A stretch of DNA of 64,000 nucleotides from Anaeramoeba ignava BMAN (lineage: Eukaryota; Protista; Anaeramoebae). A model generated the notes under the pieces. The model was not told the origin of the DNA. It worked only from the letters and a program-made list of their open reading frames with translations, and did no database searches. Within the stretch, counting starts at the first letter, position 1, and the number at the start of each line of letters is the position of its first letter. The translations under genes and the position numbers were made by a program. Where the stretch lies: the NCBI GenBank assembly GCA_028826165.1, contig JAPDFW010000092.1, positions 124,001 to 188,000 of the forward strand, given 5' to 3'. Below are positions 37,501 to 48,989 of this stretch, piece after piece.

Positions 37501-38521
37501 TTGGTATTCTTGTTTTAATTGTTGGTGGACTTGATATTATTACTTTATTTTGTTTGATAATTAAATCAACTTTTTTTTCATTAAAATTAACTTTAAATTT
37601 TGCTGTTTTTCTTGCCCAATGATAAATAATCATTGCGGCTATAAATTGTTTTTCTATTTTATTTTAAAATTAATTTATAAAATTAAAATTAAAATTAAAA
37701 TTAAAATTGAAATTCATTTATAAAATTAATATTAAAATTAATATTAAAATTAAAATTAAAATTAAAATTAATATTAAAATTCATTTATAAAATTAATATT
37801 AAAATTAAAATTAAAATTAATATTAAAATTCATTTATAAAATTAAAATTAAAATTAAAATTAAAATTATAATTAAAATTAAAATTATAATTATAATTAAA
37901 ATTAAAATTGAATTTATATTTATATTTATATTTATATTTAGATTTAGATTTAGATTTAGATTTATATTTGTTCAAAATATAAAGTACCATCCAAAAGCTC
38001 AGAGGATTTATTAATATTTGAAAAGTTATTTAAATCCATTTCAATTTGATTACAAGCAAGAATAATTCTTAAAACATCAAGAATAACTTTTGATTGAAAT
38101 TCTTGAGGAAATTTAATCAAAGAAGTTTTTTGCATATATGGAGTAATTGATATTATATTTTCAACTTCTTGTAAATGATTTGCTTGAAATCTTGTATTAT
38201 TTAAAAGATAAATTGATAAAATTTTCTGTTTTGTTTTCGATCTGATTAATTTTAACTTCTCATTTGTAAAAAAAAGAAAACATGGAATCCATTCATCATT
38301 TTGCTTTAAAAAACACTATAAAAAATAAATTGAAATTTAATTTAATTTAATTTTTAATTTAATTTTTTAATTTTTAATTTTACTTCAACTGGAATTTCTG
38401 AACGAAATAAAAATTGAATAAGAATTGAAAAGTAATTTAAATTTTCAATTTTTAATGAAATATTTGCAAGTAATAATTCAACTACTTGTTGTTTTTGTTC
38501 TGAAAATAAGAAAGAATCCAT
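34524..38521 (-). CDS. Uncharacterised 6-exon protein; host gene of the transposon
   Basis: ATG 38521; exons include ORFs 37442.. and 36907..; intron 34819-36924 spans the transposon; last exon ends TAA at 34524; junctions in frame. Confidence 0.7.
34997..36588 (+). mobile_element. pogo/Fot1-like (Tc1-mariner related) DNA transposon, 1592 bp, full length
   Basis: 46-bp TIRs 34997-35042 and 36543-36588 (1 mismatch); TA duplication at 34995-96 and 36589-90; removing it restores the host repeat unit. Confidence 0.96.
35079..36512 (+). CDS. pogo-type transposase (HTH + CENP-B-like HTH + DD35D catalytic domain)
   Basis: GRPPVLS, FNMDET, LILDGH, 35 residues, LQPLD; uninterrupted 477-aa ORF with a basic C-terminal NLS-like stretch. 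Confidence 0.95.
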   Translation: MLEEEKIDINKRIRLISHFSEIRNISSVTEKAAKVYLIGQTEKEPISQRSICEFFGISLSALQRALTALKQGREVGRKGRPPVLSDEQKKELKEKIVHSAEKGKSLNINEVLEWINEHFFDEKPSIELDFMEKPHINSRGWVYNFANQNDIIIKLPQVLERARSQVSVDEVKSFFDRLGDLFQENNFFPHQIFNMDETMITKSKDLQKFVVLTKSSLHQPSVTLPKIENFHTTLVVCVNAAGKSLDPLVIIPMQSIVIEETPEKELVPPFSFVHAPSGWITQEIFTKWAIEIFIPYVQLNKKTKEEKTLLILDGHNSRVSSEVIKDFMKNQIELFVLPAHSSHFLQPLDLSVFGTFKKYLRRRGKLSSNILSFLDVYDAFQSSATIKKIYSGFNKAGIYPFDPTKVLGNENIVLKPAGQEKLKKQRKRLDINGKILTSQEMLEKVEEYEKKKPKTKRKKRKKKNYKSKKTLFNKNHD

Positions 38522-38831
38522 TTATTTAAAAAAATGAAAAAAATGAAAAAAAAAAATTAAAAAAAAAAATTAAAAAAGATTTGTTTTTTTTTTGTTTCGT
38601 TGTTTTTCTTTATTGAAATGACATCGTAAAACAAGAAAATAAAGAAAATAGAAAGAAAAAATAGAATTGAAATTTTTTTTTGAATTTGAAATGAATTATT
38701 TTGTTATTTTTTTGTTATTTTTTTGTTTTTTTTTTTTTTCAATCAATCCGTTTCAATTAGAAAAAAAAAAAGAAAAAAAAAATTAAGAAAAGAAATCAAA
38801 ATCAATATCAAAAATCAATATCAAAATCAAT

Positions 38832-40775
38832 TCACAAAATTAAGCATTTTCTTTTCTTTTTTGTTGGTTTTTCATTAACTTTAAGAATTGTTCGAATTGA
38901 TTCTTCAAAAATTTCTTTTAACTTTTGATTTGTTTTAGCAGAACATTCAAGATATTTTTTTGCTTGAATTTGATTTGCTAATTCAACTCCCTTTTTTTTA
39001 ATAAAAAATGAATAAAAAATAAATAAAAAATAAATAAGATTTTTTGACACTTTTTTTTTTAAAAAAACAAAATTCGATTTTTTACTTTTTGATGTGAAAT
39101 AAAATCTAAATTATTCCTTCTTAATTCTTCTTGAGCTGCTGGATCATTTCTTAAATCAATTTTAGTTCCTACTAAAAGAATTGGAGCTTCTGAACAATAA
39201 TGTTTAACTTCACCAGCCCACTTTTAAAATTATAATTAAAATTAAAATTAATATTCAAATTAAAATTTAAATTCAAATTAAAATTAAAATTAAAATTAAA
39301 ATTCATTTATAAATTTAAAATTAAAATTAAAATTAAAATTAAAATTAAAATTAAAATTAAAATATAAAATTAAAATTAAAATTAAAATTAAAAATTCAAA
39401 TTAAAATTAAAATTAAAATTAAAATTATAATTAAAATTAAAATTAAAATTCAAATTAAAATTAAAATTAAAATTATAATTAAAATTAAAATTAAAATTAA
39501 AATTAAAATTAAAATTAAAATTAAAATTAAAATTAAAATTAAAATTAATATTAAAATTAATATTAAAAATTAAAATTAAAATTAAAATTAAAATTAAAAT
39601 TAAAATTAAAATTAAAATTCATTTATAAATTTAAAATTAAAATTAAAATTAAAATTAAAATTATAATTAAAATTAATCTTAAAATTAAAATTAAAATTAA
39701 AATTAAAATTAAAATTAAAATTAAAATTAAAATTAAAATTAAAATTAATTTATAAATTTAAAATTAAAATTAAAATTCATTTATAAATTTAAAATTAAAT
39801 TTAAAATTAAAATTAAAATTAAAATTAAAATTCATTTATAAATTTAAAATTAAATTTAAAATTAAAATTAAAATTAATATTAAAATTAAAATTAATCATA
39901 GATTAAAATTAAAATTAATCATAGATTTAAATTAAAAATTATCATAGATTTAAATGAAAATTTAAATTAATGGTAAAATTGTAATCATTTATAGATTTAT
40001 ATTATAAAGTTTAATTTAACTTATTCATGAATTAAAATTAAAAATTAAAATAGAGATTTAAAATAAAATAAAAGTAAAAAAGCAAAAAAAAAATAATAAA
40101 TTAAAATAATAAAATTAATTCCAACTATTAAAAAAGAAAAATCTAAAAAGAAAATGCAAAAATAAAACAAACCTTATTCAAGACATTATTATAAGAAATA
40201 TGATTATCGACAGCAAAACAAATAAGAACGATATTAGCATTAGGATAACTTAAAGGACGTAAAGAATCATAATCTTCCTGGCCAGCAGTATCCCAAATAC
40301 TAAGTTCATAAAGAGTTCCATCAACTTCAAATTTTGCATTATAATTCTCAAAAACTGTAGGAACATAACCTTCAGGAAATCTGAATAAAATTATTAATTT
40401 TTTATAATTATTATTTATATTTATTATTTATTTGAAATTATTTATTTATTTATTTAATTGAATTATTTAATTATTATTTATTTAATTATTTATTATTTAT
40501 TTGAAATTATTTATTAATTATTTATTATTATTTATTATTTATTATTATTAATTATTTATTATTATTTATTATTTATTATTTATTATTTATTTATATTTAA
40601 TTGAATTATTTATTTATTATTATTTGGAATTATTTAATTATTTATTATTATTTAATTGAATTATTTATTTGATTTTTTACTTCTTTTCAATAAATGTAAT
40701 AAGCATGCAAGTTTTTCCTGTTGCTCCATCTCCTACACATACTAATTTGTAACGATTTTCATCTGGATTACTCAT
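38832..40775 (-). CDS. Rho/Rac family GTPase, 4 exons
   Basis: [46 protein letters not shown], polybasic region + CLIL CAAX. Confidence 0.96.
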
Positions 40776-41230
40776 TTTAATTGATAAAAAAATTTTTTTT
40801 TTGAAAGAAACAAAAAAAATCAAAGAAAAATAGAGAAAAAAAAACACAAAGGAAAAATAAAAAATGAAAAATAAAAATGAAAAAAAAAATAAAAAAGAAA
40901 AAATTTGTTAATTAATCATTTTTTCTAATTATTATTTTTCTTTTTTTTTGTTTTTTTTTAATCAATTTTATTTAAATAAAATAAATAAAAATTTTTAATA
41001 ATTTTTGCTTTGTTTTATTTTCTATTCTTTTTTATCTCTTTAATTTAATTTTTTCTATCAAATTTAATTTAAAATTGAGGAAAAATTTTTAAAAGAATCT
41101 TAATTCTTAAAAATTCTTCTTTTCTTTTTTAAAAATTGATTTATAAATTGATTTAGAAATTTATTTATAAATTTATTTATAAATTTATTTATAAATTGAT
41201 TTAGAAATTTATTTGGAAATTGATTTAGAA

Positions 41231-41737
41231 ATTGATATTGATATTGATATTGATATTGATATTGATATTGATATTGATATTGATATTGATATTGATATTG
41301 ATATTGATATTGATATTGATATTGATATTGATATTGATATTGATAGTATTGATATTGATATTGATATTGATATTGATATTGATATTGATATTGATATTGA
41401 TATTGATATTGATATTGATATTGATATTGAATTTGTTTTTAAAATTATATTTATTGATATTGATATTGATATTGATATTGATATTGATATTGATATTGAT
41501 ATTGATATTTATATTGATATTGATATTGATATTGATATTGATATTGATATTTATATTTATAAATTTATATTGATATTGATATTGATATTGATATTGATAT
41601 TGATATTTATATTGATATTTATATTGATATTGATATTGATATTTATATTGATATTGATATTGATATTTATATTGATATTGATATTGATATTGATATTGAT
41701 ATTGATATTGATATTGATATTGATATTGATATTGATA
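41231..41737. repeat. (ATTGAT)n microsatellite
   Basis: Directly visible, immediately 3' of the Erv1 stop. Confidence 0.95.
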
Positions 41738-42277
41738 TTAATTGAGATTTAATTTTGTAGCTTTTTGACATTCTTTAGAACCATATTTCCATCTTTCCAA
41801 AACTTTTGAACAATTAAAAAGAGGTTTTTTGAGGAATTTATTAACAGAATTATGCAAACGACACAACCACAAACTAAAAGTTTTTGAAGAACGAAGATCA
41901 AGAGGATTATTTTCTATATAATTTTTAAGATGATTTGAACAATAAACACAAGGATAAAGATGTGCAATTGAATTGATAAGCGCATAAGCATATTCTTTAT
42001 CCTTTTCACTTGGATTTTCTGGATAAAATGCAGCTACTGTATGCAAAAAGTTCCATGTTGAGTGCCCAAGTTCTTCTTTGCTTAACGGACACTCATATTT
42101 TAATTCCTTTTTTGAATCCTTTTCAATTTCTTTTCCTTTTTTTTCTTCCGTTTTGATTAATTCAGACCATTTTGCAAGTTGATCGCACGCAAAACAGGTT
42201 TGTTCAACTTGTTTTGGTGAATATTTTAATTGATAAGTAAATTGATTACAAAATAAATCATTAAAAGAATCAAACAT
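41738..42277 (-). CDS. ERV1: Erv1/ALR FAD-linked sulfhydryl oxidase
   Basis: N-terminal CFAC shuttle, CPLSKEELGHSTWNFLHT, YPCVYC, WLCRLHNSVNKFLKKP.FNC, ERW. Confidence 0.95.
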   Translation of the reverse strand: MFDSFNDLFCNQFTYQLKYSPKQVEQTCFACDQLAKWSELIKTEEKKGKEIEKDSKKELKYECPLSKEELGHSTWNFLHTVAAFYPENPSEKDKEYAYALINSIAHLYPCVYCSNHLKNYIENNPLDLRSSKTFSLWLCRLHNSVNKFLKKPLFNCSKVLERWKYGSKECQKATKLNLN

Positions 42278-42360
42278 TTTGGAAAAAAAATTAAAAAATA
42301 AAAATAAATTTTTTCATTTTTTCATTTTTTCATTTTTTAATTTTTTAATTTTTTTCAAAA
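42278..42360. promoter_or_regulatory. Putative 83-bp bidirectional promoter (Erv1/Rogdi)
   Basis: Divergent ATGs; triple TTTTTCAT motif on the + strand. Confidence 0.55.
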
Positions 42361-44056
42361 ATGACAGATGAAAATCAACCAAAAAGTGAAAAGGAGTGGT
42401 TTTTCTTTACTCATACTCCTCAACAAGCTCAAAAAATCACAAATTATCTTCAAAAATGTCTTGAAAATTTAGATAATTTTTATCTTATTGAAGATCAAAA
42501 AGCAAAATTCAAAATCTCAACAATCAAATCCATCAATTTTGCTGAATAGTGAAGGATTAAAATGTTTATTAACTTTTGATAGATATAAAATTGTTATTGG
42601 TGTATTTTAATTCGAATATAATTTTTTCAATTATTTTTTTCAATTATTTTTTTAATTAATTTTTGGAATGATTTGGAATTAATTTTTTTCAATTATTTTT
42701 TAAATAATTTTTACAATTATTTTTTTTAATTATTTTTTGGAATTAATTTTTTTATAATTTTTTTTTTAATTATTTTTTTCAATTATTTTTTTAATTAATT
42801 TTTGGAATGATTTGGAATTAATTTTTTTATAATTTTTTCTTTGATCAAAATTTTCAAAATTTTTTCCCTAATTCAAAATATTTTTCTTTCCTTTTTTTGT
42901 TATTATTCTTATTATTAAGGAAATTCGTTTAAAATCTCAAAAATATATGAAAGGAAGTTTAGTAAAAACTTCAATTACTGGTGAATATCCTTTTATTCTT
43001 GAACAAATTCAAACTGCAAGAGAAAATATTAAACTAGCTTTAAATGAAATTGGTCAAATTTCTTCAAAAAAAAGATTTGGAGCAGGATTTTCTGCGAGAG
43101 TAATTATTAAAATTAAAATTACAATTAAAATTAAAATTAAAATTCATTTATAAAATTAATATTAAAATTAAATTTAAATTTAAAATTAAAATTAAAATTA
43201 AAATTAAAATTAAAATTAAAATTAAAATTAAAATTAAAATTAAATTAAAATTAAAATTAAAATTAAAATTAAAATTAAAATTAAAATTAAAATTAAAATT
43301 AAAATTAAAATTAAAATTAAAATTAAAATTAAAATTAAAATTAAAATTAAAATTAAAATTAAAATTAAAATTAAAATTAAAATTAAAATTAAAATTAAAA
43401 TTAAAATTAAAATTAAAATTAAAATTAAAATTAAAATTAAAATTAAAATTAAAATTAAAATTTAAATTAAAATTAAAATTCATTTATAAAATTAAAATTC
43501 ATTTATAAAATTAAATTCGGATAAAAAATTAATTTCGGATAAAAAATTTTTGATTAAAAATTGTTCATATTTTAGATTATTCAAAACACTTTCAGATTTA
43601 TATCTCAAGCTAAAAATGCAATGGGAATTTGGTCTTTCTATACATTACCACAAAATACTCAACAATTTGAACATTTTTATCCATTACTTCCAAAAGAATT
43701 TATGATAAATATTTACATTCAAAATAACAGTTTAAAAGTTAAAGGTAGAGTGATTAGATTTACTCAACAAAAAACAGCAATTCGTGAACCATTTGGAAAT
43801 CAAAGCCTTGTTGGAATGTTTTTGTAAATTAAAATAATTTTTATTAAAGAAAAAATTTATTATTTATTATTTATTTTTTTTTATTTATTTAAGTAAATTT
43901 GATGATAAATTAGTTGAAGTTATTGATGAAATTTCTTGTGAAAAAGAACTTCCAAAACTTTCTAAATTTAATATTACATTAGCAAAAGCTTTTGAAACAT
44001 GTCGTTGTTTAGTTTCAAATCAAGAAACAATAATTTCTGTTAATGAAAATAATTAA
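42361..44056 (+). CDS. Rogdi/Rav2-like protein, 4 exons, with an apparent +1 frameshift in exon 1
   Basis: EKEW, GLKCLLTF, LEQIQTARENIKLA, FYPLLPKEFMINIYIQNNSL match the Rogdi pattern (LQQIQDARNH; FAPALPSDLLVNVYI). Frame breaks between 42473 and 42549. Confidence 0.75.
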
Positions 44057-44348
44057 AAAAGAAAAAAAAGAAAAAAAATTTTTTTTTAAATGAATAATTT
44101 TTCATAAAAATAAGTCAAAATGATTTAAAAAAAAAATTTTTTTGCTTTTTTTTTTCTTTTTGCTTTTTATTTTTATTTTTTTTTTTCATTTTTATTTTTG
44201 AATTTATTTCCCCTTTTTTCTTTTTTTTTTTTATTATTATTATTATTTAAAATTTAAAATTTAAAATTTAAAAAAGATTAAAACAAAAAAAAATTGGAAA
44301 TTCAAAAAAATTTTATAATTAAATTTTAAAAGAAAATATAAAAAAGAA

Positions 44349-45797
44349 ATGCAAAGATTAAATATTGAAATTCAACGTTCATTAACGCCTGATGAAAAAT
44401 ATAAAAAACCAGAAGAACTTTCTGAAGAATGTGGACATTTAGTTCATTCAAAAAGTTTAGATTTTAAAGGTTTAGCCAAATCTCGTGCTTTTCCTTTAGT
44501 TTCTCCAAGACCTTTAAAAAGTTGTTTTATTGATGGGTAAGTTTTATTTTGTTTTAAATTAACGAAATAAAATTAAAATTAAAATTAAAATTAAAATTCA
44601 TTTTGAATATTAAAATTAAAATTAAATTTAAAATTAAATTTAAAATTAAATTTAAAATTAAAATTAAAATTTAAATTTAGAATTAAAATTCATTTTGAAT
44701 ATTAAAATTTAAAATTAAAATTAAAATTAAAATTAAAATTAAAATCAAAATTAAAATTAAAATTAAAATTAAAATTAAATTTAAAATTAAAATTAAAATT
44801 AAAATTCATTTTAAAATTAAAATTAAAATTAAAATTAAAATCAAAATTAAAATCAAAAAAAATTAAAAATTAAAATTCAACGTCAAAATCAAAATTAAAA
44901 TTAAAATTAAAATTAAAATTAAAATCAAAATTAAAATTAAAATTAAAATTTTAAAATTAAAATTAAAATTAAAATTCATTTTGAATATTAAAATTAAAAT
45001 TAAATTTAGAATTCACCAAAACCAAAATTAAAATTGTTTTAAAATTAAAATTAAAATAAAATTAAAATTCATTTTGAAAATTAAAATTCATTTATAAAAT
45101 TAAAATTAAAATTAAAATTAAAATTAAAATTAAAATTAAAATTAAAATTAAAATTAAAATTAAAATTAAAATTAAAATTAAAATTAAAATTAAAATTAAA
45201 ATTAAAATTAAAATTAAAATTAAAATTAAAATTAAAATTAAAATTAAAATTAAAATTAAAATTAAAATTAAAATTATAATTAAAATTAAAATTAAAATCA
45301 AAATTAAAATTAAAATTAAAATTAAATTTAAAATTAAATTTAAAATTAAAATTAAAATTCATTTTGAAAATTAAAATTAAAATTAATTTTAAAATCAAAA
45401 TTAAAATCAAAATTCATTTTGAAAATTAAAATTCATTTTGAAAATTAAAAGAATATGGAAATTCAAAAGAAACTATTCAATCGATGATTTTTCAACATTT
45501 TCAATAAATGAACAAGAAACAGATTCAGATAATTTTTCATTAGGACTTCCAAGTTTAACATCCAAAAAATCACTAACAATGTCACAAGAAATGAATGTAG
45601 AATCACAAACATCAGATTTTTGGAGTGGAACAGAAGAAGAAACCTCACAAGAAAAACCACCATTCCTCAGTTCATCCCCACCAAACAGAGCAATGAACCC
45701 TCTTGTGATGGATCCACGATTTAGGAATTTTTGTAATTATGTTCCTCGAGGATCTGAACTTGGTTTACTTTCTGTTTCTCCTCCTTTGATTAAATGA
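44349..45797 (+). CDS. Small disordered protein with SPPxRAxNPLVxDxRF motif, 2 exons
   Basis: ORF 44349.. (GG|gtaag) splices to the 45438..45797 frame (aaaag|A ATA TGG). Confidence 0.75.
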
Positions 45798-46101
45798 TAT
45801 TTTTCTTTTTTTTTTATTCTCCTTTTTTTTTTCTTTAAATTGATTTTTTACTTCATTTCATTATGAACAAATTTTTAGATAATGATCTGTTTTTTTTTTT
45901 TTTGCTTATCTTTTCCTCTGTTCTCATTATATTTTTGTTTTCTGTTTTCTGTTTTTTTGTTTTAATTGCTCAAAATTCAATTTAATGAAAGAAGAAAATT
46001 AAAAAAAATAATATTTTTTTTTTCTTTTAGGGAAAATTTTTTTTGATTAAATTTTTCATTTTTCATTATTTATTTTTATTATTTTTTTTTTTAAATTTTT
46101 T

Positions 46102-48924
46102 TTAATTATTTTGGGAATTCAAACTTTCCAACTTTTTCATTTCTTTTTTTAATAAAGAATAATCAGGATTAATTTTCAAAGCATTTTGGAAAAAAGTATT
46201 TGCTTCTTGTAATTTGTTTTGAGAAAGAAGAATAGAACCGATATGAGTCAAACTTTTATAATCATTTGGATCCAAAAGACAAGCTTTTTTGAAATACTCC
46301 AAAGCTTCAGAAAATTTAAACATTTCTTTCTTCACTGCACCGATGTTGAAGTTAACGGCTTGAAAATTTGGATCGATTCGAACAACTTTTTCATAACAAC
46401 TCAAGGCTATTTGGAAGTCTTTCATTTTAGAGAAAATAACACCTAAATTATTAAGAACATTTGCATTTTCCGGATTTAATTGGAGACATTTTTGATAATT
46501 TTCGATCGCCTTTTGATGTTGACCCATTTTGTTGTAAGTGATTGCCATATTGTAATAAACATCAAGGATATCGGGGTCTATTTTGAGGCATTTCTGGTAG
46601 TAATCGATAGCGTTTTCGTAATTTGCAAGGGAGTCGTAAATATTTCCGATATTATAAAACGCATCGACAAAATTTGGATTGATTTGAGTAACTTTGATTA
46701 AATGTTTCAGTGCTTTTTCGTTCTCATCAAGTTGGAAATAAAGGACACCCAAGTTATTATGGGCGTCGATTGAGTTTTGGTCGAGATCGAGTATTTTTTT
46801 GTAGCATTTTAAAGCTTCCTCAAACTCTTGGTTTTGCTCGTAGATGTTTGCGATGCTGTAATAAGGATCGGGAAGATCCGGATTCAAATCAATTGCTTTT
46901 TTGTAATTTTCGAGTGAATCCGAATATTTTTCAAGTTGGTCATAAATCAATCCGAGCTCAAAATAATATTCCGAATTCAACGGTTCCAAGTCAAGTAGTT
47001 TGTGATACCATTCAATTGATTCGTTGTATTTTTGCTGATCAAAATAGAGCTTTGCAATGTGCAAATATGGCTCGGGATTTTCAGGTTTCAATTGTGCTGC
47101 TTTTTGGAAGCAATCAACCGCTTGGTCGAAGTCTGATAATTCTTCATAAATCACTGCAATCTTGAAATAACTTTCCGGATCTTCTGGATCAATTTGGATC
47201 ACTTTTTGGAAACATTCAATTGCTTCTGACAATTGATTTGATTTTTCATAAGCAATTCCCAAATTGAAAAATGCGTTAGTGTGATTATCGTTAAGTTCAA
47301 TCACTTTCTGGAAATATTTGATTGCTTGTTCAACTTCTGTTTCTTTTTCCTGGTGAATCACACCCAAATTAAATAGCGCTTGAATATTTTGATTATCAAT
47401 CGTAAGTATTTTTTTATAAAGAGTAATTGATTTTTTAGTTTGTCCAATTAGAAAGTTCAATTCCGCATTTTTCATTAACGCTTCAATATCATTTGAATTT
47501 AAAGAAATGACTTTATCCAGATTCTTGATAGCTTTTTGGAAGTTATTTTGGGATTCGTAAATTCCCGCAAGATTAAAATACGAATTTGGATTTTTCTTAT
47601 CGATTTTAATTGCTTTTTGATAATGTTCAATTGATTTCTCAATTTTCCCCTCTTTGCTATAAAGAAATGCTATATTGAAATGTCCGTTCATACTTTTCGG
47701 ATTCAGTTCCAATCCTTTAGAGTAATTTTTGATGGCTTCTTCGCTATTTTCTTGTCTGTCATAAACAATTCCACAAAGAAAATAAATATCTGCATTTTCT
47801 GGATCGATTTCTTTTGCTTTTTCAAAATTTTCTATTGCTTTTGTATATTCTTTTTTTCTTTCCATTATCAATCCTATGTTTAAATATGGATCCGCATTTG
47901 TTTTGTTTATTTCCGTTTCTTTTTGTAGAGATAAAAGCGCTTCTTCGTCTAAGCCTTGCTCGAGGTAATAATTTGAGACATTTTCAATTTGTTCGATGTT
48001 TTCTTTTTGTTTTTTCTTTTCTTTTTTGTTTTGTTTTTTATTTTCTTCTTGAAGTTCTTCTTTAAATTCTTTTGGAATTTCTTTAATTTCTTTTGGAATT
48101 TCTTTTTTAATTTCTTTTGGAATTTCTTTTTGAATTTCTTTTGGAATTTCTTTTGGAATTTCTTTTGGAATTTCTTCTTTAATTTCTTCTTTAATTTCTT
48201 TTGGAATTTCTTTTGGAATTTCTTCTTTAATTTCTTTTGGAATTTCTTCTTTAATTTCTTCTTTAATTTCTTTTTTAATTTCTTCTTTAAATTCTTTTTG
48301 AATTTCTTCTTTAAATTCTTTTTGATTAATTTTCTTTTTTGGTTTTGGAGGTGTAATATTGTTTGTTTCTATTTAAAATTGAGAAATTAAAATTGGTTTG
48401 TATTTTAATTTTAATTGTAATTGATTTGGAATTGAATTGTAATTGAATTGTAATTGATTTGGAATTGATTTGTAATTGAATTGTAATTTGTAATTGAATT
48501 TTAAATTGAATTGTAATTGAATTGTAATTGATTTGGAATTAATTTGGAATTGAATTTTAATTTAATTTGTAATTAATTTGTAATTAATTTGTAATTTTAA
48601 TTTTGATTTGGAAATTGTAACAATAAAAGAAAATAAATTAAATAAAAATTATTATTAATTTTCATTTTTTAAAGAAAAAAAATTTTTTTATATTGAAAAA
48701 AAAGCGTTACTTGAATTTATTAATTGAGAATTAACTTTTTTAAAAAAACTTTGTTTTTGGTTATTTGATTTATTTTCTTGAATTAATTGATTTGAATTAA
48801 ATGAATTAATTGTTTGGAAATCCAAAGGATTTAATTCCTCTTTTTCTTTTGGAAATGGAAAATTTAATTCTGTTAAAATTAAATGAAGTCTTAAACGATC
48901 TAATGGAATTTTCCTGTTTTGCAT
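46102..48924 (-). CDS. TPR repeat protein (~16-17 repeats) with EIKE/EIPK linker, 2 exons
   Basis: Exon 1 from ORF 48688..48924 (donor gtaacg) splices to exon 48368-46102, which contains the 589-aa TPR ORF. Confidence 0.9.
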
Positions 48925-48989
48925 TTTGTTTTAAATAAAAGAAGAAGAATGAAGGAAAAAAAATGAAAAAAAAAATGAAAAAAAAAATT

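Noticed and set aside
46219-47165. Antisense ORFs over TPR, WASP, transposase and RasGEF exons
   Set aside because: Short shadows of real genes with no recognisable motifs.
47871-48368. Apparent frameshift upstream of the TPR ORF
   Set aside because: The frame is open to the acceptor at 48369-48370; the ORF caller simply began at the first TTG.
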